Part shown: positions 40,557 to 50,306 of the stretch, piece after piece
Layout of the letters: each line of letters opens with the position of its first letter
Position numbering within the stretch: the stretch's first letter is position 1
NCBI GenBank assembly: GCA_003482855.1
Contig: DMXO01000002.1
Coordinates: 112,114-176,113 of the forward strand
From: Candidatus Magasanikiibacteriota bacterium
GTDB lineage: Bacteria > Patescibacteriota > Patescibacteriia > Magasanikbacterales > UBA922
Length of the DNA stretch: 64,000 nt
Reading direction: 5' to 3'
Program-made: the position numbers and the translations under genes
Notes under the pieces: model-generated
The model's input: the letters and a program-made list of their open reading frames with translations, nothing else
Told to the model about the DNA's origin: nothing
Databases searched by the model: none

Positions 40557-40822
40557 ATATTATTTTTATCTTCAATAATTTTTTCAATAATAATTCTGCT
40601 TTTCTGTCTCTTTAGCCAACGTTCTCTTTGGTAAGCTTCCTCGATTGAGCTAAACTTTTCAATTTTCTTTAATTCCCAAGGTCTTTTTGTGACTGTAGAT
40701 TTTGATTGTCCACGGTTATGTTCTTTTATCCTTCTTTCAATATTATTAGTTACGCCAATATAAAAACTCCCATGTTTTATACTTTGTAAAAAATATACAT
40801 AATATGGGAGTTTTATACTCAT
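40547..40822 (-). CDS. Stand-alone GIY-YIG nuclease family protein
   Basis: YYVYFLQS..FYIGVT..RRIKEHN..RPW..EAYQRERWLK. Confidence 0.92.
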   Translation of the reverse strand: MSIKLPYYVYFLQSIKHGSFYIGVTNNIERRIKEHNRGQSKSTVTKRPWELKKIEKFSSIEEAYQRERWLKRQKSRIIIEKIIEDKNNIGE

Positions 40823-40826
40823 ATTG

Positions 40827-40900
40827 TGACAGAGGAGGGAATCGAACCCTCGACCTTAGCGTTATGAATGCTACGCTCTAACCGACTGAGCTACTCTGTC
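40827..40900 (-). tRNA. tRNA with CAT anticodon (elongator Met or Ile2)
   Basis: Cloverleaf GACAGAG/CTCTGTC, loop TT-CAT-AA, T arm GAGGG-TTCGATT-CCCTC. CCA not encoded. Confidence 0.92.
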
Positions 40901-40929
40901 ATAGTTATAATTTCGAATTTTTTAACCAG

Positions 40930-41001
40930 TACCGCCACGGGGAATTGAACCCCGGTTGCATGGATGAGAACCATGCGTCCTAGCCACTAGACGATGGCGG
41001 C
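40930..41001 (-). tRNA. tRNA-Glu(CTC)
   Basis: GCCGCCA/TGGCGGT, CATGG-TTCTCAT-CCATG, CGGGG-TTCAATT-CCCCG. Confidence 0.95.
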
Positions 41002-41072
41002 GTATATATCTTTTCAAAAAATACAAAGAGAGCGAGCATAGTATACTGTATATAGACTCATCTGTCAACGAA

Positions 41073-42842
41073 TCATCTATCTGGTGGAACCCGATAATAT
41101 TGCATAATATACTTGGCAATCTCTGCAAACGTAGGTGCAGCTGTCGTCGACGCGTATGCACGCTTGGGTTTTTCAAATTTAACTATCATTACAAATTTTG
41201 GATCATCAACAGGACCGAAGCCAATGAACGAATGATTTGTGTCTGCCAGATAACCCCCCGGTCCAGGAATCTGTGCAGTCCCCGTCTTGCCTGCCACATA
41301 GTACCCCGGCACATGCCCTAATCGTGCCGATCCCACGTCTACTACGCGAACAAGCATACCAGACAAAAGTTGTGCTGTTCTCTTTTCAATTACCTGTCTA
41401 ATTATCTTCGGCTTTGTCTCTTCTATCTTACCATTTGGATATATAACATCTTTGATAATATATGGCTTCAAAAGAGTACCACCATTTGCAATAGCAGCAA
41501 ACGCACTTACCATTTGGAGAGGAGTAGCGGTAATGCCCTGCCCAAAAGATGCTGTGGCTGTGTAACAATCTATTTTGTCTTTTTTGTTGCGATAAAGTGA
41601 GTCTATAGTGCCCGATGACTCAGTATTGAGCTCTATGCCTGTCTTTACGCCAAAACCAAATCGTTCCACATAATCTCTAAATCGTTCTTTGCCGAGTGAG
41701 GTAACCACATGCACCATCCCAGTGTTTATTGAATTTTCAAGAACGCCAGTCATAGTTTGGTCACCATACGATTTGAAATCAGCATTTTTGATAGGCTTCG
41801 TACATCCGACATCTACGCTACCACTGTCAAAAAAATAAGAGTCTGGTGTTACTATTTCTTCATTCAAAGCCGCAGCCATACCAATTGGCTTGAATATAGA
41901 ACCAGGTTCGTAAGGAGTAAATATGTTGAGATTATTATATGCGTCTATTGATTCAACCTCATTGTACGTATTTGGATCAAAATCAGGCAAAGAGCACATA
42001 GCTGTTATTGCTCCTGTCTTCGGATCCATAATAACTAAAGAAGCAGTCTGTGCTCCATACTCATCCATCCGTTGTTTCAAAATATCACACGCTTTGAACT
42101 GAAGTGTACGGTCGATAGTTAATGTAAGACTTACGCCATCTTCTGCTGGTTCAAATAAACGACCGGCAAGCGGTATCCATCCGCCTTTCGCACCCATAGC
42201 GCCTTCAAGAAAACCACCCGTGCCTGATAATTCTTTATTCCAATATCCTTCGATACCATAACTCCCGATGTCATTGCCATCTGCGTCTTTTCCCAAAAAA
42301 CCTATAACTTGCGATGCGAGCGATGCCTCAGGATAAAAACGGTGTGGTCTCCTTACAAAATGGATGCCCGGCAATTTAAGTCCGTCAATCATATCTGCAA
42401 TTTCTTGTTCTACTTTTTTTTCAAGAGGCTCATAAGGATCGTCACGCTTACTGAGCTGCATATAGAGACTCAACTTTTTTTCGTCGTCATAATGAAACAA
42501 CTCAGCTAATTTCTCAGCTATGTCTTCTGCCGTCTCATCATCTTGAATTACCCGCGTATCAACATACATCAAAAACAAGTCCCTATTTATTGCAAGAGGA
42601 TATCTCTCCTGCGAATCCTGCGACTCGAGATAGATAGACCCACGTTCAGGGAAAAGCTGCGCATATATATCATGGGATCCTGAAGCAAGCGCGGTGTAAA
42701 ACCCGTGTTGCCATACCATAAGTACAAAAAGACGAAACACAATAAACAAAAATACGACGGTGAACAGTATGCCCACCGCGCGTATTCGAGAATCCTGTGT
42801 GCCAGGACGTTCAAAGCTATTATGAGAGCGTACGTGTCTCAT
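41073..42842 (-). CDS. Class B penicillin-binding protein (FtsI/PBP2-like transpeptidase)
   Basis: PERGSI, RFYP, EPGSIFK (SxxK), SIN (SxN) and KTGT motifs. Confidence 0.93.
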   Translation of the reverse strand: MRHVRSHNSFERPGTQDSRIRAVGILFTVVFLFIVFRLFVLMVWQHGFYTALASGSHDIYAQLFPERGSIYLESQDSQERYPLAINRDLFLMYVDTRVIQDDETAEDIAEKLAELFHYDDEKKLSLYMQLSKRDDPYEPLEKKVEQEIADMIDGLKLPGIHFVRRPHRFYPEASLASQVIGFLGKDADGNDIGSYGIEGYWNKELSGTGGFLEGAMGAKGGWIPLAGRLFEPAEDGVSLTLTIDRTLQFKACDILKQRMDEYGAQTASLVIMDPKTGAITAMCSLPDFDPNTYNEVESIDAYNNLNIFTPYEPGSIFKPIGMAAALNEEIVTPDSYFFDSGSVDVGCTKPIKNADFKSYGDQTMTGVLENSINTGMVHVVTSLGKERFRDYVERFGFGVKTGIELNTESSGTIDSLYRNKKDKIDCYTATASFGQGITATPLQMVSAFAAIANGGTLLKPYIIKDVIYPNGKIEETKPKIIRQVIEKRTAQLLSGMLVRVVDVGSARLGHVPGYYVAGKTGTAQIPGPGGYLADTNHSFIGFGPVDDPKFVMIVKFEKPKRAYASTTAAPTFAEIAKYIMQYYRVPPDR

Positions 42843-42853
42843 GTCATGAAAGA

Positions 42854-44023
42854 TTAGTTGCCAAAATTAATCGCGTCAAGGTTTTCTTCCATGCCATCTT
42901 GAGGTAATACCGTGCCATCTAAATCTTCCAAACTACCAAAATCAAAAGTCATAGAGTCTCCCAAAGCCGCATTATCAGAGGTATCCATCATCGTATTCAA
43001 GCTACCAAATGCTCCAAACAACATAGCACCAACAACTTGTTGCATAACCTCTTCAAATGAAGAAAAGCTATCAGGAGCCATGACATTGACTGGCTTGTTA
43101 TGATCATATAATTCTATATTGGCGTCTACAGTCGCATCAATACCTTCGGCTTCACTCTTGACAGGACCGGCTATACTTATCTTGTATAATAATGCATCTT
43201 TTTCCCCTACCCACAAACCAATATCTAAACGGGTCAATTGTTCAATCATTTCTTGTTTTTTGACTATCTCGTCATCTCTAAGTTTCTTTTCCTTGTTTAA
43301 CAATACGCGAGTAAGTGCATCCTTATTAAATTTGGCACGCACATGGACAGTATTCACACCACGTATAGTCTCCTTAGATGTTTTTTGTTCAAGTATAAAA
43401 AGAGACTCTTCTTCGAGTAAATCTTCAAACTCCTGAACATCTTTTTTTTCACCTTGCACTGCAATTGTCTGGCCTTCTGGGCTAACTGCGTCATCTTTCT
43501 TCTCAAGTCCAATCCATTTGTTTGAGGCAGCACTACTTATAGAGTCCAACAAGGGCTTCACATCCTCTGGCGCCTGCAGATTAACATTTGATAACTTAAT
43601 ATATGTCATATCTTCCAACATGCGCGTAGACAATGACAATGACCCTGTATCTTCACCTGATTCATAACTCAATGCTATCTCTACACTCCCTTTGGAAACA
43701 TCATTTTCTATTTTTTCAAATCCCCCCTCAGCATCAATAATCGTTTTTCCTTGTTTCATTTCCTTCGCCGTATCACCTGACTCGTCTAGTCCACCCCCAC
43801 CCATCATGGAAGTTAATTCTTTTGTAGGCAATAGATCACTTGCAAAACTACCTTCCAAAACTAGGTGTGCATTAAATTTTCCAGACTTGACCTCGGCCAT
43901 ATTTTCTTGCATCTTTTGCAAGAGTTTTTCAGGAGATGCACTATTTACTACATTGGTAAAAAAATACCACCCTCCTGCTACTACAGCTACGACGATGACG
44001 ATACTGACGATTAGTTTACGCAT
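42854..44023 (-). CDS. Hypothetical membrane-anchored protein (LolA/LppX-like beta fold possible)
   Basis: N-terminal TM; ETIRGVNTVH, LWVGEKDALLYKI and YDHNKPVNVMAP segments. Confidence 0.7.
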   Translation of the reverse strand: MRKLIVSIVIVVAVVAGGWYFFTNVVNSASPEKLLQKMQENMAEVKSGKFNAHLVLEGSFASDLLPTKELTSMMGGGGLDESGDTAKEMKQGKTIIDAEGGFEKIENDVSKGSVEIALSYESGEDTGSLSLSTRMLEDMTYIKLSNVNLQAPEDVKPLLDSISSAASNKWIGLEKKDDAVSPEGQTIAVQGEKKDVQEFEDLLEEESLFILEQKTSKETIRGVNTVHVRAKFNKDALTRVLLNKEKKLRDDEIVKKQEMIEQLTRLDIGLWVGEKDALLYKISIAGPVKSEAEGIDATVDANIELYDHNKPVNVMAPDSFSSFEEVMQQVVGAMLFGAFGSLNTMMDTSDNAALGDSMTFDFGSLEDLDGTVLPQDGMEENLDAINFGN

Positions 44024-44076
44024 ATATCTTTAAATTAAAAACTTAAAAAAATTATTTCGAAACTTAAAATTCAAAA

Positions 44077-45111
44077 TTATACTCTCCTCTGTTTTCCTAC
44101 TCTTTTCTCTGCTGTCTCTTTTGATATAAGCCCTTCTTTCAAAAGTTGCTTGACTGAATTTTCCATAGTGACCATACCATCTCTTGCACCGGTCTGCATA
44201 GCACTATATATTTGCGCAATATTATTCTCGCGAATAAGATTTGATACGGCAGATGTATTGACCAAAACTTCTCGTGCGACAGTCTGTTTGCCATCTACTG
44301 TAGGCAGTAATTGCTGGGCAACAATCCCACGCAAGACTGCACCCAACTGAATAAGAACTTGTTTCTGACGAGACCCATCAAATACATCCACAATACGCTC
44401 TACTGCCTCTGCTGCTGTAGACGTATGTAGTGTCGAAAACACTAAATGGCCTGTCTCTGCGGCCGTCAAAACAGTTGCTATGGTCTCCGGATCACGCATC
44501 TCCCCTACCAAAATAACATTGGGGTCCTGGCGCAGTACATGTTTGAGTGCTGCTGCAAATGAATGGGTATCTGTACCTATTTCACGCTGTTCAATCAGAC
44601 TCTTTTTGTCTTCAAACACAAACTCTATAGGATCTTCAACCGTCACAATATGTGCTTTTCTGGTTTTATTGATTTCTTCGACCATACTTGCCAATGTCGT
44701 AGATTTCCCATGTCCTGTCGGTCCAACTACCAAGACAAGCCCATCGAGTAAATTGGTAAAATTAATAAGCGCTGGCTCAAAACGCAATACATCAGGACTC
44801 GGTATATCTTTTGGAATTACACGAGCTGCGAGCCCAATACCGCCATCTTGACGGTGTAAATTGACACGAAAACGAACTCCTGAGACTTCATACCCAAAGT
44901 CCATTTCAAGATTCTCTTGAAATTTCTTCTTCTGCTCAGATGAGAGAACCCCATTGATCGCAGTCTCGAGTTCTTTTGCAGGAAGTGACTTCGTGTCCAT
45001 TTCTTGAAGTTCTCCCTGTATACGCAACATCGGCATTTCACCTCCGATAAGGTGAAGATCAGAGGCATTGCTCTTAATCGCCTCCTCAAAATATGATTTA
45101 ATGGATTTCAT
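44077..45111 (-). CDS. pilT: Type IV pilus retraction ATPase PilT/PilU family
   Basis: ASDLHL, GPTGHGKST, EDPIE, LRQDPNVILVGEMRD, TGHLVFSTLH and NLIRE motifs. Confidence 0.93.
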   Translation of the reverse strand: MKSIKSYFEEAIKSNASDLHLIGGEMPMLRIQGELQEMDTKSLPAKELETAINGVLSSEQKKKFQENLEMDFGYEVSGVRFRVNLHRQDGGIGLAARVIPKDIPSPDVLRFEPALINFTNLLDGLVLVVGPTGHGKSTTLASMVEEINKTRKAHIVTVEDPIEFVFEDKKSLIEQREIGTDTHSFAAALKHVLRQDPNVILVGEMRDPETIATVLTAAETGHLVFSTLHTSTAAEAVERIVDVFDGSRQKQVLIQLGAVLRGIVAQQLLPTVDGKQTVAREVLVNTSAVSNLIRENNIAQIYSAMQTGARDGMVTMENSVKQLLKEGLISKETAEKRVGKQRRV

Positions 45112-45300
45112 AAGATTATGTTTAAGTTTATGTATTTTATCATATTTGTATAAAAACAGACAATGTCTTGATTTTAAGCTTAAGAAAGACTAAAATAAAC
45201 TATAGTGGGCTAAATATAAAGCTCACTGTCGTTCGCCACGGGGCGAGTAGAGATTTTAGATCTTCTCGTCGTGTGATAGACGGTAGTCTATTTTACGCGA

Positions 45301-45373
45301 CGGGCTATAGCGCAGTTGGTAGCGCGCATCGTTCGGGACGATGAGGTCGGCAGTTCGAGTCTGCCTAGCCCGA
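45301..45373 (+). tRNA. tRNA-Pro(CGG)
   Basis: CGGGCTA/TAGCCCG, CATCG-TTCGGGA-CGATG, GGCAG-TTCGAGT-CTGCC. Confidence 0.96.
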
Positions 45374-45404
45374 CTATACAGCATTTTAACTTTTACTCAA
45401 TTTT

Positions 45405-46433
45405 ATGCCTGTCAAACATACTGCGTCCAAAGACCATATAATCCTCGAAAAAGATCAAATCTCTATATTTGATTATAATAAAGACAAATTTGAAGAAAAA
45501 GATACAGGCAGCTTATCTGACTGTATACAATATAAAAATACGCCAAGCGTTACCTGGGTGAATATAGACCGGGTACCACCGGCTGATTTTTTGAAAAAAC
45601 TCGGGCTTGGATTTGAGCTTCACCCTATTATTTTGGAAGATATTGAAAACCTAAACCAGCGGCCAAAAGTTGAATTCATGGACGACTATATATACACGTC
45701 TGTCAAAATGCTGAATCCGGATCCAAAAACAAAAAAAATACAATCAGAACAAGTGAGCATCATTACTGCGCCAAAATTCGTCCTCACATTTCAAGAAGGC
45801 ATAAAAGGAGATACGTTTGAACCGGTACGTGAACTAATCCGCAAATCCCATACCCGCATCCGTACGCTTGATACTGATTATCTGCTTTATGAACTGATTG
45901 ATTCTATTGTCAACAAATACTTTTCAGTGCTCGAAACGTTTGGAGAACGCATTGAAACACTTGAAAATGAGGTAGTAAAGACGCCCAATCCCAAAACACT
46001 CAAATCAATACATACACTTAAGCGTGATATCCTCCATGTGAGAAAAAGTGTCTGGCCATTGCGCGAAGTCGTGAGCATGCTTGAGCGGAGCGAAACAATG
46101 CTTATCAAAAAAAATACACGAATTTATTTTCGCGATATTTATGAGAGACTCATCCAAATTATAGACTCACTTGAAACATACCGCGATATCCTATCTGGGT
46201 TACTCGATGTATATCTTTCAAGTATCAACAACCGCCTAAATAGCGTCATGAAAATTTTGACGATAATCACTACTATATTCATGCCGTTGTCATTTCTAAC
46301 TGGATTGTATGGAATGAACTTCGTATACATGCCAGGGTTACACTCAATATGGGGCTTCCCGATTATGCTCGGGGCTATGTCTTCTGTATTTATTGTCATG
46401 ATGATATTTTTTAACAAAAAAAAGTGGCTGTAA
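45405..46433 (+). CDS. corA: Magnesium/cobalt transporter CorA
   Basis: LHPIILEDI..QRPKVE and MKILT..PLSFLTGLYGMNF motifs. Confidence 0.95.
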   Translation: MPVKHTASKDHIILEKDQISIFDYNKDKFEEKDTGSLSDCIQYKNTPSVTWVNIDRVPPADFLKKLGLGFELHPIILEDIENLNQRPKVEFMDDYIYTSVKMLNPDPKTKKIQSEQVSIITAPKFVLTFQEGIKGDTFEPVRELIRKSHTRIRTLDTDYLLYELIDSIVNKYFSVLETFGERIETLENEVVKTPNPKTLKSIHTLKRDILHVRKSVWPLREVVSMLERSETMLIKKNTRIYFRDIYERLIQIIDSLETYRDILSGLLDVYLSSINNRLNSVMKILTIITTIFMPLSFLTGLYGMNFVYMPGLHSIWGFPIMLGAMSSVFIVMMIFFNKKKWL

Positions 46434-46439
46434 GCGCGT

Positions 46440-47528
46440 ATGAATTTACCTCAACTGTATAACACACAAATCTCGCTTCCCGAATGGTTCGAACAAATTG
46501 GGCATAAAAAAACACAACATATCCGTGATGAAGACTTGACGCGACAGACACGCCTCAAAACTCTGAATGAAATCACTGGACTCCCCTATGACAAGCCAGA
46601 AATTTTTAATTCCGATGATGTTTTGAATAATACAGAAAAATTCAAAATATTTTTTGAACGAGAAAAAAATAATACCTGTCGCCTTCGCCTCTTACCTCTT
46701 TCAAAAGAGGCTCCCAAGTTGAGAACAGTTGGACGAACAGTTGCGCAGTCGGTTGAATGGTTCAAAGAACAAAAAGTAGATCCTGAAAATTACCAATTAA
46801 ATTTTTTAAGTTTTACAAACCAGCCATTGTGGGCAACAATCTTTGTTATCAGCCGCTATGGCATCTTTGGTGAAATGGTGTTTGGTGGTCATAACCAGCT
46901 CACCCAAGGATTTTATGACAAAAAACCCATAACCTTTGCATATGACTATAGTATATGGAAACTAAGTGAAACAAATGAGAAAGCGCTTGAACATCTCAAA
47001 TATATAATCCATTTCCTACACATCCCAGATAGCTCAAACCAAAAAAAATTAAAAGACAAACTACATGCTGAATTCACACAAAGATACCTCAATGGATATT
47101 TTGAAACCGTATCAGACGTCACTATTCCTTTACAATTCATTGATTATAACCGCGTACTAGGAGAAATCTACAGGGATTACAAAAATAAACCTCAAAACAA
47201 AATCACTACACATCTTGCAGGGCAAACCGGATCACCAGGTATGGTGATAGGCAAAGTAAAAATTGTAATGCCAGAACATATTTCAACTACCCAGCTCCAA
47301 CCCGATGAAATAATTGTCTGTGATATGACCAGCCCAGATTATATATCACTCATGAAACAAGCATGTGGTATTATTACAAACAGAGGTGGTATTTTGAGCC
47401 ATGCGGCAATTATAAGCCGTGAACTTGGTAAACCATGCATTGTGGGTACAGGAAATGCGACAAAAATTTTAAAAGATGGACAAAAAATCATTCTCGATGC
47501 GACAAACGGTACAGTCGAAATAACATAA
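46440..47528 (+). CDS. Protein with C-terminal PEP-utilising enzyme mobile (phospho-His) domain
   Basis: SPG...G.VK, MTSPDY and GGILSHAAIISRELGKPCIVG motifs. N-terminal region not recognised. Confidence 0.85.
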   Translation: MNLPQLYNTQISLPEWFEQIGHKKTQHIRDEDLTRQTRLKTLNEITGLPYDKPEIFNSDDVLNNTEKFKIFFEREKNNTCRLRLLPLSKEAPKLRTVGRTVAQSVEWFKEQKVDPENYQLNFLSFTNQPLWATIFVISRYGIFGEMVFGGHNQLTQGFYDKKPITFAYDYSIWKLSETNEKALEHLKYIIHFLHIPDSSNQKKLKDKLHAEFTQRYLNGYFETVSDVTIPLQFIDYNRVLGEIYRDYKNKPQNKITTHLAGQTGSPGMVIGKVKIVMPEHISTTQLQPDEIIVCDMTSPDYISLMKQACGIITNRGGILSHAAIISRELGKPCIVGTGNATKILKDGQKIILDATNGTVEIT

Positions 47529-47548
47529 AACCACCTCCAGGTGGTTTT
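47527..47548. terminator. Bidirectional terminator
   Basis: AAAACCACC-TCCA-GGTGGTTTT. Confidence 0.75.
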
Positions 47549-47600
47549 AAAATCGTTATCTATAAATCTGTAAAATCCATTAAAATCAGTGTAATCAATG

Positions 47601-47915
47601 TTATTTCTTATCCCCTTTTACATTTTTCCATTGAGCCTTGACCAATTTTTCTACCATGTCCCGCATATTGTCGACAAGTCCATTTTCTACTGCATATTTA
47701 TTCACAACTTCTTCTACTGCTTGGTAATATTTACTCTTCGTCATACTACTCCATTGTTCTGAACTGGTTACTTTGTTTTTGACTTCTCCATACACATCAG
47801 CTGCGTAGTCAAGAAGTTCATCTCTTACTTGTTTACCCTTCTTGGTCGCGTTGAGCCACATGAGTCCGGCGCCAAGCAATCCCCCTACAAAAAGACCTTT
47901 TTTAAATGTACCCAT
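47601..47915 (-). CDS. YtxH-like small protein
   Basis: FKKGLFVGGLLGAGLMWL...GKQVRDEL. Confidence 0.7.
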   Translation of the reverse strand: MGTFKKGLFVGGLLGAGLMWLNATKKGKQVRDELLDYAADVYGEVKNKVTSSEQWSSMTKSKYYQAVEEVVNKYAVENGLVDNMRDMVEKLVKAQWKNVKGDKK

Positions 47916-47980
47916 ATGATTAAAATTATATTCAAATTTTTATATCACTACTCTCTATACAAAGTATACCAGACGATACT

Positions 47981-49171
47981 CTATCCTACAAGCTCTCTAT
48001 ACAAAGTATCAAGCTGTCCTGCTACCTGCTCCCACGCATATTTGCGCTCAGCCACCATACGGACATCTTGACGCCAAGATGCTTGCTGCGTATCTTGTGA
48101 AAAATAACCAGCAATGGTATCTGCCAATTCATGGGTATTGCCGGGTTCAAATACCATCCCCCCATCACGTGCAACCGTACGGACGCCAGGCAAATCACTT
48201 GCAACCACAGGCACACCACTTGCCATAGCTTCGAGAAGCACCATGCCAAATGCCTCACCCCTTGTCATAGACGGAAGTACAAGCAAATCAGCCATATTAT
48301 AATAATATGGCAATTCTTCATTTGAAACTGAACCAACAAAACGAACTATCTCTCCAAGTCCCATACCCTGCGCTCGCAATTCAAACTTTTCTCGTAATTC
48401 ACCATCACCAACACACACACACTGTATGCGTTCATCACGCTGTTTGAGTAAGAGTAATGCATCAAGCAACAAAGGTATACCCTTGAAATAATGGGGTGCA
48501 TCCATGCCTCCAACAAACAACACAGTTGGCAATTCAGGATTAAGACGATGGCGTGCAAATAAAGCGTCCTGTACCATCCGTGGCTCAAACTGATGTATAT
48601 CCACACCAAAAGGAATTTCTACCCACTTATCTTCGTTCGCGCGAAATAACCCTGCTGCATCACTTACCTTGATATAATCAAAAGAACTTGCGATAAGTTT
48701 GTCAGCACTCCCTAAAATTTTGGGCATCCAATATGATGCATAATATTTGAACACAAGTCCTTTCCACCCGCCACTACGCGTATCCATATGATACGTGATT
48801 ACCAATGGTTTCTCTGGATGTTTTTCTTTCCATTTTCGCACCATATTTGCCGTACCAAAAAAAGGATAATGTAAATGCACAATATCGAAATCGTCAAGCT
48901 CCTGTTTTATCTGGGGCATATACGCCGCATTCCCATAACTAATAGGTATTTTGAGACGTTTGGCATAATCTATTGACTCTTGAAGCTTCGGTGTATGTGT
49001 ACGAGCAGATGGGGTGTCTTTTGCGCGAATTTCTTTGTGTTCATAATACTGCGGGGTAAAAACCATCACCTCATGACCATAATTTGCCAAATAACTTGCA
49101 GTCTGAAACACGACATTACCCATGCCGCCAAAATAAGGAGGGTATGTAGATACGATGTGAGCAATGCGCAT
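47981..49171 (-). CDS. Glycosyltransferase family 4
   Basis: YPPYFGG, KGIPLLLDA and EAFGMVLLEAMASGVPVVASD motifs. Confidence 0.93.
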   Translation of the reverse strand: MRIAHIVSTYPPYFGGMGNVVFQTASYLANYGHEVMVFTPQYYEHKEIRAKDTPSARTHTPKLQESIDYAKRLKIPISYGNAAYMPQIKQELDDFDIVHLHYPFFGTANMVRKWKEKHPEKPLVITYHMDTRSGGWKGLVFKYYASYWMPKILGSADKLIASSFDYIKVSDAAGLFRANEDKWVEIPFGVDIHQFEPRMVQDALFARHRLNPELPTVLFVGGMDAPHYFKGIPLLLDALLLLKQRDERIQCVCVGDGELREKFELRAQGMGLGEIVRFVGSVSNEELPYYYNMADLLVLPSMTRGEAFGMVLLEAMASGVPVVASDLPGVRTVARDGGMVFEPGNTHELADTIAGYFSQDTQQASWRQDVRMVAERKYAWEQVAGQLDTLYRELVG

Positions 49172-49179
49172 ACAAATGT

Positions 49180-49503
49180 TTATTTATCCAACGCTTTATC
49201 GCGTACAACTTTGGTCAAGTCTCGTTTCAACTCCTCAAACTTAACATGTAATCTAAACAGTATAAAAAAGATAATGACGAGCGCAATATAAATCACAAAG
49301 TCGACACCGCGGCCAATTCCAAAACGACGTGCTATGATTTGAACTGATTCAGGCCACATGACCACTATGCTTGCACCAACCCAAAATAGAATCCAAAACA
49401 ACATGCCTTTGGGTCCCAAAGAACTTTCTCTCCTCTTGTTCACCACACTTACAATTGCAAATAATGCAAAAAGTATAAAAACCACTTGAAAAACTGAAAG
49501 CAT
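49180..49503 (-). CDS. DUF2304 family membrane protein
   Basis: GIGRGVDFVIY...LTKVVRD.A. Likely start is MLSVFQ. Confidence 0.85.
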   Translation of the reverse strand: MLSVFQVVFILFALFAIVSVVNKRRESSLGPKGMLFWILFWVGASIVVMWPESVQIIARRFGIGRGVDFVIYIALVIIFFILFRLHVKFEELKRDLTKVVRDKALDK

Positions 49504-49621
49504 ATACTTATAAATTACATATATGAGTAAAAAATTCAGAAGCGAGAGCATATATTCCCGTTCCCCAATCCACAACCCAGTACTTACTCTCTAAAACCTA
49601 AGCTTACCTAAAACCTAACAC

Positions 49622-50281
49622 CTATTTCACGATCTTCCCCCACAACAAATCTCTAACTATTTTGAAACCTCCTACTGCACGTTGGCCATATTCATGGTAC
49701 GTCACCTGTACCGGAAATTCAATATAATTCAAATGATATTTTTTTGTAAGAGCGAGAATTTCAGTCGCATGTGCCATCCGATTTTGAGTGATCCGTATCT
49801 TATCCAAAGCCTTTTTATTGAGTATGCGAAATCCATTATGCGCATCAGTCACTTGCACCGCACCAAACAACAGATTCACAATTCGACCAAGAGGTGCAAG
49901 CACATGGCGTTTGAACCAAGGCATATTTGAACGTTTGTCAAAAAAGCGTGATCCAAACAATATATCAGCACCTTGTGCTTGTAACTTCTCTAGGGCTGGA
50001 TCTATATCTGCCGCGTCAAACTGTTCATCAGCATCAAAATGTAATACATAATCAGCATTCATTCCTCGAGCATATGTGTGTCCAGTCTCCAAGGCAGCTC
50101 CTTGTCCCAAATTAATTTCATGGCGCAGGACAATCGCCTGAGCATGCTCTGCTTCTCTACTTGTTGCATCAGATGATGCATCATCTACCACTACCACACT
50201 GTCTACATGTTCAAAAAGACTCTGCACCACAGAGCCTATTGTCTTTTCTTCATTATGAGCTGGTACAATTGCGATAAACAT
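49622..50281 (-). CDS. Glycosyltransferase family 2 (DPM1-like)
   Basis: PAHNEE, VDDASSD, NLGQGAA, FDADEQ, GSRF and TDAHNGFR motifs. Confidence 0.92.
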   Translation of the reverse strand: MFIAIVPAHNEEKTIGSVVQSLFEHVDSVVVVDDASSDATSREAEHAQAIVLRHEINLGQGAALETGHTYARGMNADYVLHFDADEQFDAADIDPALEKLQAQGADILFGSRFFDKRSNMPWFKRHVLAPLGRIVNLLFGAVQVTDAHNGFRILNKKALDKIRITQNRMAHATEILALTKKYHLNYIEFPVQVTYHEYGQRAVGGFKIVRDLLWGKIVK

Positions 50282-50306
50282 AGTATTCAACTACAGTCTG
50301 GCAAAA

